A DNA stretch of 64,000 bases from the human T2T-CHM13v2.0 reference genome, Homo sapiens, in the NCBI RefSeq assembly GCF_009914755.1, contig NC_060933.1; one strand, written 5' to 3'. Every line of letters begins with the position of its first letter. The first letter of the stretch is position 1. Below are positions 35,539 through 55,951 of this stretch, one piece after another. The notes beneath the pieces are model-generated. The model did no database searches. It had not been told where the DNA came from and worked only from the letters and a program-made list of their open reading frames with translations. Position numbers and translations under genes: made by a program.

Positions 35539-37632
35539 TGCCTGTGGGCGCCACGGGAAACTGTCAGTGCCTGAGCTGCTTGGCTTAGGGGCTGGCACCA
35601 GAGTGGGCAGCTGCCTCCAGCCCCGCCTTTCCAGCCTCCCATGTTTTCGGTGATGACCACAGTGGCACCTGGGCCTTTAATCCCACCGCAGCGTTCCTCC
35701 TCTGGCAGGGGGCCCCCGGGGAGCCACACCTTGGCTTCAGCCTCACACCACCTCATCTCTTCTCCTTGAAACAGACACCCGGCGGCAGTTCCTGCAGGAA
35801 GGAGGCTGTCCTGCCACGCCTGCGGGTGACCCGGCCTCTGGTGCCAGAGCCTGCCATCCTTCCTGTTTGTGCTGCCAGGCTGGCAGGGTCCCTTGCCACC
35901 GACCTCAGCCGCAGCCACAGCCTGCTCCCTCCCTGGGTGGATTTGAAGGAGCCTCCCCCACCCTCCGCCCCTAGCTTGCTCCTTGAGGACCCTGGGCAGG
36001 GTGGCTGCCATGGGGCCCAATCGTGCGTGGGAACCTGCGAGCTGGCAAACGGGGCTCGGGGGTTTTGCCCAGAAATGGGTCAGAACGAAAGCCTCTCAGA
36101 GGAAAGAAAAGGGCATGAGTCAAAGAGAAAGTCGGGGGGCAGGGGCTCCCCCTCATCTCACCCCACCCAGGCCTCCTGACTCCCTGGGTTTGTGCGGACC
36201 CAGGCAGGCAGCCAACCCCAGCTCCGTGGTGTGTGAGCATCGTGATGATCAGGACACAAGCTCTTCCCCGCTGAGCCTTCACTGTGGGCCAGCTTCCCGG
36301 TGGATGCCCACTGAAGAGGCCTCAACCCAGTGGGCCCCACTCCAGACCAAGAGCAGACCATTGGCCAGCTGCCCCCTGCAGACAGCGGCACCCGGGGCAG
36401 CAGCAAGGTGAGGGGCACCCAGCCCCAGCCCCAGGGGCGTCTCAGGGAGCGGGCTGAGCCTGGCTGTCTTCCTGAGCCCCACCTGCTTCATGGGTTGGCT
36501 TGAGCAAGGCAGTCCAGATGCGTGTCTCGAGCGCTCCCTGGCGGCATGCTGCAAAGCTACATGGCTCCGGCAACAAGGAAGACTGCCCTTATTCTCAGTA
36601 ACAGGTTGAGCTGGGGGCTGGAGAGCCCCTCGGACCTCGCCTTGGGAAAGCTGGGTGGGTGCACGGAGCCTGGCAGGTGGCCAAGGGGACCCCCAAGTGG
36701 AGGGATTGGTCGAGGGGCAGCACAGGGTGGTGCAGTGGGTGAGCTCAGCCCCTCCCCTCCAACTCTCATCCCATTGAGCCCCAAGGCGTGGGGGGATCAC
36801 GTCTGTCCTTGTTCTCCTCCAGGTGGAGCTGCTGGGTGGGGCTCTGGTCCTCCAGGGACCCACTCTGCACCCCAAGTTTTGCCGGGACCCGCTCCTCTGT
36901 GTTGTGTGGCTGTAGGGGAGGGCTGCAGCCAGGGACTCTGAACCCGGGGCCGGCCCACCCAGCCACCCAGGGTGGGGAACAAGATCGCCTCCCAGGGCCA
37001 GAAGCTGGGGATGTCCTTGCTTCCTAGGATGTTGGCTAGGGGATCACACGCCCCACATTCTGGGTCAAGCATGGTCCTGCCCCAGCATCTTGCTGGGTTG
37101 GGGGCATCTCTGCACAGATGAGTGCCACCCCAGCGTCTCCGCCAGGGTCTGGGCATGTCACTCTTGGGCATCTGTGCTCAGGAGGTCACCAGGTGTGGGC
37201 AGGGCACCAAGCAGGGAGGTAGCCGAGGCTGGAAGATGCACATCAGTGCCCCGCTGGGCTTCCTCAAGTGGGAACTGGTGGAGGGGGCGCTAGGCTGCCG
37301 GGCCAGGGTCAGCAGGCTCAGGCCGGCTCAGGGCTCAGAGTTGAGCCAGAAACCAAGGTGAAATCTGCCTCTTACTGCCGCCAGGGCCCTTGGGACAGGG
37401 ACAGGAACAGCAGAAGGTAAAGTGGAAAGGAATTGAGTAATGGGCCCCCAGGCAAGGCTGAGCCAGGCCCCAAGCCCAGGATTGGGGTCTCCAGAGTCCC
37501 TGGGGGCCCCAGGGCAGCTCACCCACAGCCTGGGGCCTATGGGAGCAAGGGGGCTCCTGATGGGTGGGGGCAGGAGCTTGGACAAAGTTGAAGGCCTTCT
37601 GTCTGAATTGGCCAGGGGCCAATGAAAGCCAA

Positions 37633-37990
<358 letters not shown>

Positions 37991-38707
37991 CTAGCCCCCT
38001 GCCAACCCTTCCCCAGCTCAGGCCCACCAGCTCCCTTCTCACACAGCTGCTCTGGGAGGGAGTCCTTCCTTGCCAATACCTAAGAGAATGGGCAGCAGGG
38101 ACCCTGAGGACAGGTTGGGGACACCCAGAACAAGAAGAAGATGGGACACACTAGGAGGCTCTTGGGCCCCTGCGTCAGGCCAGCAGGATAGGTGTGTATT
38201 GTGACCTGAGGGACTGAACGTGGAGCTCCAGGGGAACCTCCCAGCCAGTGACACGCTGGCCTTGGGCCAGACGCTGCCCCGCGCCCTTGAGTGACGCTCG
38301 GGCCTCCCTGCACCCACCCGCTTTCCCTGTGGCTAATGGCTTAGAGTGAAGGATGGTGGGCGTGGGCGTGGGCGTGCCACGTGGGCTCAGCGTCCACCCT
38401 GCCCCATGCACGCAGGCACCCATCACACCAGGGCCCACACACAGGCTCCCATCACACCCTGCCCCATCACAGCAGTGCCCAGAGGGACATGGGGCTCCCA
38501 GCTGAGGGCCAGCCCAAGGTCACAGGTGAGGAGTGAGAGGTGAGAGGCAAGGGGGCTTCCTGGTCTGGGTGGGCTGTGGCCCCCAAAACATGTTGCTTAG
38601 GTCAAGCCAGTCTCCCCCAGCAGGGGTGAACAATTTTCCCCCAGCCTGCCTGGCCCACCCTTTCTCCAGGGACGGTGCCCAGTGGGCCTTATCTTCCCCA
38701 TGCCAGG

Positions 38708-40244
<1,537 letters not shown>

Positions 40245-40607
40245 CTATCACCTGCTCCAGCCCTCTTTATCACACAGGATGGGGTCTTCCGGGCCGCAGA
40301 GCCAACCCTGGGCTGGCCCAGCCCTACACTACACCCTTCCCCTCTCCCACCTGCGTAGAAGGGTCTGCAGGGGTGAGGCCTGGCTGAGGAGGGTGGGGAT
40401 GATCCCGTGGCCTCTCCTCCAGCTCCACGGGATGGGAAGGTCCTCCTAATGAGCGAACAGAAAGGCCTCCTCCCTCTGGGGGTGCAAGAGCAGACCCCAG
40501 GCCCCCCACTCAGGGGTCCGTCTACCAGGGCCCCAAATGGGAGATGAGGCGGTGGAAGATTAACCCAAGCTGGCAACACAGGCAGAAGCCGCAGGTCTGA
40601 AATGGAC

Positions 40608-40613
40608 TTTAAT
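40608..40613 (-). terminator. NPDC1 polyadenylation signal (ATTAAA variant)
   Basis: Plus strand tttaat about 285 nt past the stop; no AATAAA seen closer to the stop. Confidence 0.65.
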
Positions 40614-40897
40614 TGGCTTTTGTCTCTAGAATTACCCACCCGTTCCTGCGCTCTACGGTTCTCCATGCCCCCTCCAGTTTGGGGGTCTAAACCAAACAGG
40701 AGAGGTGCAGGGGACCAGGAGGTGTCCTGGCACAAAGGTTCGGGGGTCTCCCTGGCAAGGGGTCCCAGGGCCTGGAGCCCAAGGCCCAGCCAAAAGCACA
40801 CAGCATCAAAACATGTTTTTAGTGGGAAGCTCCAGGCCCTGCCCCTCCCCGGGGGCCTCGAGGTCGGGGAGCAGGTGGGCGTCTGTCTGCCTCCAGG

Positions 40898-47113
<6,216 letters not shown>

Positions 47114-47821
47114 CCTTCAGCGCCGCCGCCGGGGCAGCATGGCACCGCGAGGCCAGGGGCTCGGCGCGGGCTCCGGGCTCCGCGTCGGGAGCAGCGGAGG
47201 CAGCGGGGGAGGACGCAGGAGGAAGAAGAGGCGGATGCCAAGGAGGAGGAGGAGGAAGAGGAAAGGCACGGGCGGCGGCGCTGACGCTGCAGCAAGGATC
47301 CGGGATGGAGGCGCCGGCGAGGCGCGCACGCGGAGACTGCGCCTGCGCGCTCCACCTGAGGGGGCGGGAGGGCGGCTCCAGACTGCGCCCCCTCCCCCTG
47401 CTCCAGTTCTGGTCCCCTCTCCGGGCCTCGCTGGACCTCTCTCGGCCTCAGGGTGTCTCGGCACCTGCGGTCTCTGGGGCCGGTGCGGTTCCCAGAAGTC
47501 CGGCTGGGTTTGGGCCGCGGGTGGGCTTCTCCAGGATGCGCTCCCTTCTGGCCTCTTCCCGGTAGGACTCCGAGCCCCTCACCCGCACCCGCGATGGGGC
47601 AGAGGACCTGTGTGGGCCTAGCCTCGCGAGCGCACAGAGACACAGGAGCGCCGGGCGCACGCAGACAGGTGCTCACGAGCTGGGCAGGTGCACAGGAAGG
47701 CACAGGTGTGCCCACAGAGGCAGGGGCACCCCCACTCGCGGGAAAAGCAAATACAGGAACACAGAACGGCCCCGGCCCCGACTGCAGCTTTGGCTGGAGC
47801 CGCGGCGGCCGCGCTCAGTGA

Positions 47822-47836
47822 GGCCACCAGGGGGCA
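47822..47836 (+). promoter_or_regulatory. Candidate CTCF site
   Basis: GGCCACCAGGGGGCA closely matches the CTCF core consensus; lies between the ENTPD2 3' end and the NPDC1 promoter. Confidence 0.55.
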
Positions 47837-47914
47837 AGAGTGATCCGGAGCCACTGAGGACCGGAGCTGGGAGCTGTCCAAGGTGTTCAGGGTCCCCAGG
47901 TGACAGCCCTTTAG

Positions 47915-48233
<319 letters not shown>

Positions 48234-49245
48234 TGACAACGGGCATCTCTGATGCCCCCCTTGCACCTCACCTGTTGCCTCCCAAGAGCACGCCCACCCC
48301 ATCCCACTAGAAACCTCCTTTGACTAGTCATTCAGAGAACAAGAGTGAGACCTCCAACCCGGGGTGTCCCCTTGGTCCTTCCAGTCTCAGAACTCCAAAG
48401 CTGGGGCTGGCTGCCCTCAGGTTTATCAAATGACTTTAAAAAAAAATGGTGAAGAGGGGAGGGAAGAGCAGAATAAGAACCACCACCCTCCTCGCCAGGG
48501 CACTGAGCATAGAGACAGTGTCTAAGCTCACTTCCCAGGAAGGTGAGGAGGCGAGTGGGCAAGACCAGGCCTTCCCATCCTGGAGAAAACTGGCTTGGGG
48601 AGGGGCTGCAGGGCCTGGCTGGGGCTGCAGGATGCCTTTTGGAGGTGCAGGACACTCAGTCCCAGGTGAGAAGGGCAAGGTGCCCTGTGCCATTGCATGG
48701 CTCAGCTCCACAGCCAGGTTCTGTGCAAGATTCCTGCCTATGGGTCCTGGTCCTGATCTCATCTCCCACCCCTGTGCCACCTCCTGATGTGGGCCTGCCC
48801 TCCCGCCAGTCTCTACCAGCACTGACTGCCCCCTAGGAAGCCGCCTGGCTGGCTGCCACCCACTCTCCGCCACCTCCCTGACCTCTACCCTCACCCCCAG
48901 GCTCACTGTACCAGGACCCAACCTTCAGTCTGGCCTTGGTCACCAACGCAGATCTGGATGTGATGGTTTTGGGGAACTCTGCTGGCCAGAGAAGACTCAA
49001 GGGCCCAGGAACATTCCCTCGGGCCAGCCATCCTGCAGCTACTCTAGGCTGCCACGGCACACCAGGGCAGCAGCCAGTGCCCCAGGCCTGGCTCCAGAGC
49101 AGAAGGCAGTAGGGAGGGATGGTGTCCACCCTCAGGACCAAGGGCAGGCCCGTGCGGCTAGAACAGCGGGAAGGTGGGGGCACAGGCCACAGCAAGGATG
49201 CCCCACCCCACAGACACTCTCCTTTCACGTCTCTAGGAAAAACTT

Positions 49246-49251
49246 TTTATT
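49246..49251 (-). terminator. ENTPD2 polyadenylation signal AATAAA
   Basis: Plus strand tttatt about 530 nt past the ENTPD2 stop. Confidence 0.8.
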
Positions 49252-49781
49252 ACAAAATTTTTACAAGTAGGTGCTGGGCTGGCTGCCAGCCCGTGGGCTG
49301 TGACCCTCCCCAGTACAGACCCAGACTACACAGAAGGAGCCTCTAAGGGCTGATTCTCAGGACCAAGGCCCCACTCTCTGGAGACCCAGCCCTGAGGAGG
49401 AGGAGGAGGAGCACGGGGCCTGCAGTGATGCCCAGGCTGAAGCGGGCTGGAGGGGTTCAAGGAGCTGGATTGAGCGCTCTTTGCCCACCCAGGCTCCTGT
49501 GGGTACCAGAGTCTCAGTTCCTATTTCCTGGGCTGCCTTAGGGGCAGAGACGCTGAGGGTGGGGTGGAAGGATGGAGAAGACAGTGGTGGGGTGGAGCGG
49601 TGGGGGATAGAGGGTGGGTGGAGGAATGCAGGATACAGGGGCGGGGAGAGAGGTTGGGAGAGGGGTGGGTGGAGGGGTGGGGATACAGGGGTGGGAGGTA
49701 CAGGGGTTGTGGGAGGGGTGGGAGTACGGGGTGGGGATACAGGGGTTGGGGGAGGGATGGGGCAGCTGCCCCCGTCGGCCC

Positions 49782-52700
49782 CTAAATGGTGCTTGGCAGC
49801 TTGGCGGAGTGCACCTGACGCAGCAGCAGGACAAGCGCAGCCAGGAGCGCGGAGGCGAAGAGCAGCAGGAGGACGACCCAGGAGCTGAAGTCTGTGCCCT
49901 TGCGCAGCCCCGGCGGGTCGGCGGGGATCAGGTTGGTCAGGTTCAGCATGTAGCCGAGCGCCCAGCCCACTGCAGTGTCCGCGGCCTGCGGGGAAGGGCG
50001 TGGCCTCAGCTCCCGAGAGGCCCCGCCCCGCAAGGTCGGCCCCGCCCCGCCCCGCCCCAGCCCACCTTCTTCTGGAAGATCACGCCGCCGAAGGCGCGCT
50101 CATCGAAGCCGTAGCCGCGACTCAGCAGCTGCTGCACGAACATGGCCCCGGCGCAGTAGTCGGCCAGGCGGGCCCGTTGCCCTGGCACCCGAGCTTGCAG
50201 CTGGGACGCGGGCGGGACACCATCAGGCAGGCGACCACCAGGAGGTCTCGGCCCCACGGGGAGAGGGGGCCGGCGGCGTGCTTCACCCCTCCCCAGACAC
50301 ACACGGGCCGTGCGAGGCCAGAGACCACCACACAGGCCCGGACACGAATGGCAAGACCGAGTCCGAGGGGCACCCCCGGCAGGGCACGCTTCCATCCCTC
50401 CCCAGCCAGCGCCCATGCCTGGAAGGCCAGTGAGGAGGGACAGCAGGCATGGCCACCAGGGAGCAGGAGGCAGCAACACCTTGGTGTGTGGCCAGGGGAA
50501 CAGGACGAGCTCCAGGCCTGAGTCTGCCCGCTGGCTCGCCGCCTGTCCCCACCTCCCTCACCCCAGTCTGTCTGAGACTAGGCCCTGGGAGGACAAAATG
50601 GGGCCTCGCTCACCACCCCGGTCCTGGGACGACTCGTACGTTTCTCTTGGAGTCTCCGGTGGGCACACTCCCGGTGCCCAGACCCACTTCCATCTTCCCT
50701 TGTGTGGTACCATGGAGGGAACCAGTGGCAGAAGCCAGAAACCTGGGCACCGGCCTCCCCCTGCCCTCCAGATCTGGGATGAGGGTCGGGCCTGGCGAAG
50801 CTTCTCCAACCCGCCCGACTTGTTCACAGCCTACCGGCCACAGCCACGCCACCTCTGGAGTCAGCCTAATGCCTGCCATCGCCCCCACTGCAGCGGGTGC
50901 TCCGAGAGGCCTGTCCATGCAGGGCTGGGGAGGCATGCGGAGGCGGAGGCTGAGCCCTTCCGCACAGCCCTGAAGGAGTGGGAGCGGGGCTCACCTGAGC
51001 CCAGGTCTGGTTGCAGACATTCACTGCGGCTGCCTCCAGCTGCTGCAGGGTGGCCACGGGCAGCCCCATCGAAGTCCGCAAAAAGTCCACAGTGTAGAAG
51101 AAGGCAGAGAAGGCCTGTAGGGGGCGCAGTCACACTGTGACCGAACCCCAGCGGCTCAGAGCACCTGCCGCCACCCGCCTGCCCCTACTCACGACAAAGT
51201 TCCCAGCCACCCGCCTGCCCCTACCCACGACAAAGTTCCCAGCCACCCGCCTGTCCCTACCCACGACAAAGTTCCCAGCCACCCGCCTGTCCCTACCCAC
51301 GACAAAGTTCCCAGCCACCCGCCTGTCCCTACCCACGACAAAGTTCCCAGCCACCCGCCTGTCCCTACCCACGACAAAGTTCCCAGCCACCCGCCTGCCC
51401 CTACCCACGACAAAGTTCCCAGCCACCCGCCTGCCCTTACCCACGACAAAGTTCCCAGCCACCCGCCTGCCCCTACCCACGACAAAGTTCCCAGCCACCC
51501 GCCTGCCCTTACCCACGACAAAGTTCCCAGCCACCCGCCTGCCCCTACCCACGACAAAGTTCCCAGCCACCCGCCTGTCCCTACCCACGACAAAGTTCCC
51601 AGCCACCCGCCTGCCCCTACCCACGACAAAGTTCCCAGCCACCCGCCTGTCCCTACCCACGACAAAGTTCCCAGCCACCCGCCTGCCCTTACCCACGACA
51701 AAGTTCCCAGCCACCCGCCTATCCCTACCCACGACAAAGTTCCCAGCCACCCGCCTGCCCCTACCCACGACAAAGTTCCCAGCCACCCGCCTGTCCCTAC
51801 CCACGACAAAGTTCCCAGCCACCCGCCTGCCCTTACCCACGACAAAGTTCCCAGCCACCCGCCTGCCCTTACCCACGACAAAGTTCCCAGCCACCCGCCT
51901 GCCCTTACCCACGACAAAGTTCCCAGCCACCCGCCTGTCCCTACCCACGACAAAGTTCCCAGCCACCCGCCTGTCCCTACCCACGACAAAGTTCCCAGCC
52001 ACCCGCCTGCCCTTACCCACGACAAAGTTCCCAGCCACCCGCCTGCCCTTACCCACGACAAAGTTCCCAGCCACCCGCCTATCCCTACCCACGACAAAGT
52101 TCCCAGCCACCCGCCTGCCCCTACTCACGACAAAGTTCCCAGCCACCCGCCTATCCCTACCCACGACAAAGTTCCCAGCCACCCGCCTGCCCCTACCCAC
52201 GACAAAGTTCCCAGCCACCCGCCTGCCCCTACTCACCACAAAGTTCCCAGCCACTGGGGGCTGGAAGACCCCATTGAAAGAGCATCGGGAGAAGGGGCAG
52301 GAGGAGAAGCTGAAGAGCCCAGAAACCAGATCTCGGCAGAGGTGGGGGTCACTGCTCCCTGACAGGCTGACCCTGGCACTGCTGTTGAAGTTCTGGGGCC
52401 GCTGGGCCATGGTGCATGGTGACTGGTACACATCCCCGAGCAGCACTTGGGTGGAAAAGCCCCTCGGCCAGCAGGGGTGGAAGCCGTGGGTCTGGGGGAA
52501 TCACCAGCGTGACAGGGTGGCACCACCACCGCTCCAGAGGACCAGCCTGACGAACCTCCCACAGGTCTCACTCTGGCAACTTCACTTTTGTGCTCAGGGG
52601 CAATCCATGGCTCCCCACTGCCTGCTTGACAGATCCCAACGCCCCTGACCAGGCTCCCTCTGAGAGCCGTCCCTGGCCCTCCCTTCTCCAGGCCCAGCCC

Positions 52701-55700
52701 AGCCACTGGGCCTTTGCTCATGCTCTGACCCTCCCACCTGTCTTTCCAGCCAATTAAAGCCCAGCCTGGAGAAGCCTTCCACAGCACAGTGGCTGTCCAG
52801 GCTCTGCTCCAGGAGGGAACAGTGCAGTGCAGGTGAGCCAGGGTGGAGGGGCACCTGGAGGGCGCTGGCCAGCAGCCTCTGGAGGACCTGGTCACGGCCA
52901 TAGCAGAGGAAGCTGTGGGTGTAGACTCGGTAGTGCTGGCCGTAGAGATGCAGCTGGACCTCGCTGGCTCTGTCCTCAGCTGGACTGGTTGTCTCAAAAG
53001 TGATCTGGGTAGAGGCACCCCCCAGGTCCATGGCCCCCAGTGTCCCCTTCCGTGGCCGGAACCACCGGCCCACCCAGCCGTACTGTGGAGAGGGGAGTGT
53101 GGGGTCAACCAGGGGCCGAGGGCGCCCACGCCCCCTGGCTCTTTGGCTGGCTGCTGGGCCCACCTTGATGAAGTTCTCCAGCAGGTAGTTGGCAGTCACC
53201 CAGCCAAACACCCCCTCTTCCTGGCCCGAGAGGATGCGTGCACCCCGGAAGTCAAAGGGGTACTGGGTCAGTGTGTGAGTCACTGCCATGAGCACACTGG
53301 TCGAGGCCTCTGGATTGGTCAGGCTGCAAAACACAGAGAACTCCAAGAGGCCTTCTCCCCAGGTGGCTGTGAGCCTGCTGTAGGGGTGCTCGGAGTCCGC
53401 CCTGCAAGGGGTCACAGCCAAAGGCCATCATGGGGACAGGGCCAGGGCACAGGCACACTCACTTGAGCAGGCGCATACCCGCTGTGGCTCCCAGGTAGAG
53501 GGGTGTGCCCGCGTGTCTCTCTTTGGGCACATCCTGAAGCGCCTGTTCGAGGCATCCAACAAGACTCTGGCTGGCCCCAGAAGGGTTGTCTGCATAGCTG
53601 GAGATGCCCCCACCTAGAGGGAGGCAGAGAGATGAGCCTATGCCTCACGGGCAGCCCCTAGGTGGGCCGTAGGCCAGGAGAGTGAGGGTGGGGGTGGGGG
53701 CCGTGGGCTCCCAGACCAGGTGGCACACCTTCCCTGCTTAAGCCCCCAGAAACGCCCAGGTTGGAGACAAAGGGGCCCAGGTGCCACCCGGAGACCAAGG
53801 CTGCTGCCTGCTGAGAGGGTGTGGGTGCAGGTGCTAGGACAAAGCCCTGGGCATGGTCAACCCAGGTTGGCCTCCTGAGGCCTGCCTGGGTGTGTCCGCC
53901 AGGCCCCCAGACCTCCTCCTGCTCCATCTGGGGCACAGAAGCCAATACTGGGCCCGGCGAGGCTCAAACCTCCCCACCTGCTGCCTAGGCTTCCTTTCTA
54001 GAATGCAAACGACTCCTGGCCCCACTCAGGCGCAGGGGCACCAGCCTCTCTCTTTCCAGGGCTTCTGCCTGGAGTGAGCCCCACCCAACACTAAGCAGAA
54101 GGACCTGCACTGGCTAAGGCTGGAGAGGGTCCCAGAGACCCTGCAGTGAGTGGGCGTCCTGGCTGGGCTGGGCTGGGCCTCACCTGGAACATCACAGGAG
54201 CTGTGCTGGCCCACAATGCCTGTGTCGTTCTCCTTGTCTGCCGGCCACTTGTAGATAAACATGGACGTGTGTGAAGAACCAGCGTCCAGGACGATGCCAT
54301 ACTGGGGGGGAGGGGGAGGGAGTCAGCCTGGGGTGTCCGGGGGCCCTGACACCCTGACACCAAACGTGAAGTTGGGTTCCTCCAGTTTGCCACCGCTCCC
54401 CCCCCCAACCCAGTCATATGCCAAGCCTCATGCTGAAGCTCAGAGGAGGCCAGGGCCTCCTCTGAGGCCGTGGTTGGAAGGAGAACAGGGAGGTGGGGGG
54501 GAGGTGACTCTTCCCTCCTGACTACCTGAAGCCAGCATGCCAGGGTCTGGGCAGCAGCCTTCCTGGCAAGGGCAGACTGAGGGACTGAGTCAGGGACAGA
54601 GGGACAGAGGGTCCCCAGGGACTTTTCCCTGGGGCACAAGTTTCCCAGGCTCAGGGAGAGGAAGCTCCTCTGCAAGAGGAGCTCCCTAGAGTCCCTCTTC
54701 CTTCCTCCCCTCTTCCTTCCTCCTCTGTCTCCTTCCAGCTCCTCTGACGGCAGCCCAACCTGAGGATGCAGGAGGCAGGGCCCCAGGTGAAGAAGGTCCA
54801 CCGAGGCTGGCCGTGGGCCTCAGAGCCAGGTCAGCTCTAAAGACACTCTCCCTAGGCCTCCAAGCCAGGGCCAGAGAGAGAGGCTGGCCCTGCCTTGTTG
54901 GGGGTGCTGGGTGGGCCTTCCTGCAGACCTGAGTGGCACGAGCTTGTAAATGCCCTTTTCCAGCTCCTGCCCCATCATCCTGGATCCACCTGGAAAGCTG
55001 GGGACCAGCCTCCCAGGCCCGGGCGCCAATTCCAGCCTCCGAGAGGGCCGCACCAGTCCATCCCGACCAAGGCTTCCCCAGAGCCCAGAGCATCAACAGG
55101 TCAGCGCGTGCACCGCCACATGGCCGTCCTGCAGGGCCGCAGAGCTCCCTGCTTCTGACTCCCCATCAGGCTGGGGGACTTGGCTCTCCACCCCACCCCC
55201 CTACAAGCCCAATAAAGGGTTAAAGGGGCCGACCAGGAGGTCCCTGGGCCTGCTGGAGTGGAGATCCAGGCTAGCCTGCTCCAACCTTTTGAGGACCGGC
55301 CAGGGCTGCTCCGGTCAAGCCCTCCTGTCTTTCTGGGCCACTCTCGTGTCCTGGCGGGGGCCCTGGGTCCTGGGGCTTGTGGATCCCCATCTGGGCTGAA
55401 TACCCAGTCGATGTGGCTCTAACCGCACCCTCCGGGGCGGCGGCACAGGGCAGAAGTGGCCCGGAGTGCCCCTGGGGGCCCGCACAGGCCTGGGGGCGGG
55501 CGTCCGGCAGCACCCAGGGGGCATCGCTGGGCTATCCCGGGAGCGGGGACACAGCCCCTGGGCTGCGTTGACGGACTCGGCGGCGGGCGCGGAACTCCCG
55601 GGACTTGTTCCTTCAGCACCGCGTCGCCCTGGAAGCGCCACCGCCCCCCGCCCCCTCCGCGTACCCGGTCGGGGAGCGCAGAGCGCGGAACCCGGGACCC

Positions 55701-55951
55701 CACCCAGCCCGCCAGGAGCAGAGCACGGTGGGGGTCCCGGGCTGATCCTGCTCAGGTTCCCAGCCGCACCCCCTCCCCGGCTCCAAGCCCGGCCCGCTGC
55801 TCCCCAGACGTGCGCTGGGTGCCCGGGCGCGCACCTTGAGGGCGGGCGGCTCCCGGACGTCGCGGGTGGGGACGCACAGCAGTAGGAGGCCGGCGAGGCC
55901 CGCGGCGGCCAGCAGCAGCGGCGGCAGCAGTGACCGCACCTTCCCGGCCAT
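49782..55951 (-). CDS. ENTPD2: Ectonucleoside triphosphate diphosphohydrolase 2 (NTPDase2/CD39L1), 495 aa, 9 coding exons
   Basis: Exons 55835-55951, 54184-54301, 53463-53613, 53164-53323, 52855-53082, 52237-52491, 50995-51114, 50066-50200, 49782-49985; 1488 nt. Apyrase conserved regions [39 protein letters not shown]; TM helices at both termini. Confidence 0.97.
51170..52249. repeat. Minisatellite, 30 x 36 bp, spanning the ENTPD2 exon 6/intron 6 junction
   Basis: Unit gccacccgcctg(c/t)cc(c/t)tacccacgacaaagttccca; (52250-51170)/36 = 30; translates as ([12 protein letters not shown])n in the ENTPD2 frame. Confidence 0.98.

Noticed and set aside
34446-36020. Long Pro-rich (524 and 369 aa) and Gly-rich ORFs resembling extensin or formin
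   Set aside because: Artefacts of the G-run minisatellite, open in nearly all frames.
51170-52249. 36-bp repeat array as a CRISPR locus
   Set aside because: Units are contiguous with no unique spacers, there are no cas genes, and the context is a human intron.
51137-52648. 503-aa plus-strand ORF of ([12 protein letters not shown])n and the 302-aa Trp/Gly-rich minus-strand ORF
   Set aside because: Both arise because a 36-bp unit lacks stops in those frames; they have non-ATG starts and no promoter evidence. Only the ENTPD2 frame has a plausible route to translation.
55612-55632. REST/RE1-like half sites (TTCAGCACC here; GGACAGCGCC at about 46069)
   Set aside because: Only isolated half sites, which are expected by chance in GC-rich DNA.
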